A DNA stretch of 63,973 nt, counting the filler, from Psammoneis japonica (Eukaryota), in the NCBI GenBank assembly GCA_008632985.1. It is 3 parts of 3 records of this genome, joined end to end, with 100 filler letters (N's around TTAATTAATTAA, not from the genome) between each part and the next. Parts side by side here need not be neighbours in the genome. Positions count along the whole stretch, not along the records: positions 45,513 to 63,973 come from QPGO01000476.1; 2 more parts are not named here. One strand, 5' to 3'. The notes beneath the pieces were generated by a model, which was not told the DNA's origin, did no database searches, and was given only the letters and a program-made list of their open reading frames with translations. Made by a program: the position numbers and the translations under genes. Positions 62,163 to 63,973 of the stretch are shown one piece after another. Numbering within the stretch: the first letter of the stretch is position 1; the number at the start of each line of letters is the position of its first letter.

Positions 62163-63215
62163 GCCTCAATGAAACACACAGCATGAGTGCATGAATGTGG
62201 CAATGCATGAGGTCGGTTGTGATGCAACAAAAGCAATGTTGACAATGCGAACCTCCAGCAAGAATTTTCACCATCAGCTGCCCACATGAACCTGTGCGCT
62301 CTCAAGCTTGTCACACACCTTGTGCTGTGGCGTGCGATGTTCCGTTGAGAGTGCACTGCAAAGTGCCTCAGAAACAACCACATTTTTGAAATCGGCAAAA
62401 CGCCATTGTTCGTGTCATTTTGCGTGTTGTTTTGCGTTGAGAGCCAGAAAACACTCCCAAAATCTGTTCTGCAGGAAAAATGCACTGAACCCTCACAGAT
62501 TTGGGTTGCACCAGGCCACGTGGAAAATGAGCGGGCCGAGAACTGTGGCGCACCCACTCAAATTTTATGCACATGAAGCTCACCAGTGTCTGAGCATTTT
62601 CTTTCTTCCGAATGCTGGGGAGTGGATGACAGTGACATGTCTCGCTCAGAATCTTTTGTCATCACAAGAAAACCAGATCTGTGTTTAAAGTGCTGTCACT
62701 CCATTGCCAGCCAGGCCGGCACCGGCCGCCAACCCACACTTCCAGCACACCGTCAAGTGCGGCAGAAGCTGACTCTAGGATCAGCCGGAGTGGGCATCAC
62801 CGTGAGATGATGCCCCTCCGAAACAGCTGGCAACTGAGCAAGTGCCGTGAAGCACGTCATGCTTTGCCTTCTTGAGGCTGTCTTTCAGGTGTGGTTTGTC
62901 CATGGCAACCCAATTCATGATCCATGAAGTGGAGTGGGACATGTGATTGTTGACTGAATCTGAGAGCACTTCTCTGTCCTCAGTGACAGAAAATGAAGAT
63001 GACTGGGTGGAAGAAAACAACAACTCCTTGCTGCTGTCTAAATGGCAGATGAGTGTCCATGCAGAGACCATTGCAGGAGCCGAAAGACTGGTGTCGTGAT
63101 GTCGGCACTGCTGTTGTTGTTCTTGTGAGCCAAGTGGCTCAAAAGCAAACTGCATTGCGCGACGCACACGGAACTGAGAGCACACATGATCATGTGTGAC
63201 AAACTAAAATCTTGC

Positions 63216-63973
63216 TCAAATCCTGTCACTCCCCAGTTTGCTTGAGGGGTCAACAGCGACAGATTCGAAGTCGGATTGGTTGAAAGCCTCAGGATCGAAG
63301 TTCCAAAACATTAGAGGATGAAGGAGGTTCCAGATTTGGGAGCAGCCCCAATGCTTGCTGAGGATGTCAGCCGGGTTGCGGGAGCCTTCGACAAAATGAA
63401 GCTCAAGGAAACCGGAGGCAATCGCCTCACTCACATGATGGAACAAGAGGGCGGTGTGTCGCTTGTGTAACTTGGAGTGCAGGATGGCAGCACCGTCCAC
63501 AACCAACTTGTTGTTTTCCAGGAAGATCATCATTTGCAGGGCACGGAGAGACACTGCTCCAGAACAGACACTGTCGACGGGCACGTCTGTGAGGTGTCCA
63601 TCGGCAACAAGCCTTGCTTTGTGCTGTCCGTCATGTTTGACGTCACAGACGAGATGCACCCGGATCTTCTTGTGTCCTGATGGAGCACTGGAATCGTTGT
63701 GGTGGTCCGCAGTCATGAAGACCTCGCACTCATCAAGCTGAGTCATCTCGGTCCGTGCATCTCCCCAACTTGCGGTTGCCGTTGTGCTCATCAAGGGCCA
63801 TGGCATGCCTGTGGTCCCGTGGCACTTCATGCCCACACTTGCATCGTGGCGCAGTGTGAAAGGAGCACAACTTGCTTGGTTGGCCATGCGGAACAGCTTT
63901 CTTCTGATGAAGGGCCATCTTGCAAAAGCGTCTCCATCCTTCGGTTTCTAGAAGGCCGTGCTCACACGCGTAG
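63216..63973 (-). pseudogene. Ty1/Copia RT/RNase H remnant with internal deletion
   Basis: GHKKIRVHLVCDVKHDGQHKARLVADGHLT..SVCSGAVSLR fused directly to C-terminal RNase H KLHKRH.AL.FH.V.EAIA...NPADILSKHWGC. Confidence 0.88.

Overview
Eukaryotic nuclear DNA, most likely a diatom. The basis is a GABA-B-like class C GPCR, an algal-type NADPH oxidase, diatom-style Gypsy/Copia/Crypton relics and short GT-AG introns. The window is three scaffolds joined by artificial N44-TTAATTAATTAA-N44 spacers (22714-22813, 45413-45512), with further N gaps and apparent single-base indel errors. Host genes: a class C GPCR (14857-17666), a NOX/RBOH-like oxidase (~29442-32016), a multidomain receptor-like kinase (34272-~38700) and Nup107 (minus strand, 45513-47908). 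The rest is mostly decayed transposons. Two observations stand out. (1) Transposon-derived DNA, but not the neighbouring genes, has lost nearly all TpA dinucleotides by TA->TG/CA change. Conserved Tyr codons of RT/RNase H have become Cys/His, and aligned MITE copies differ almost only at TpA. This is the reverse direction of fungal RIP and suggests a repeat-targeted A:T->G:C hypermutation process. (2) A predicted type II membrane protein joins an MLKL/HeLo-like four-helix bundle and an intact kinase to an extracellular SEA-like domain, mucin stalk and 7-bladed FG-GAP propeller. It lies near the NADPH oxidase in a ~15.1 kb duplicated block and is a candidate cell-death immune receptor. All calls come from reading by eye; no database searches were run.
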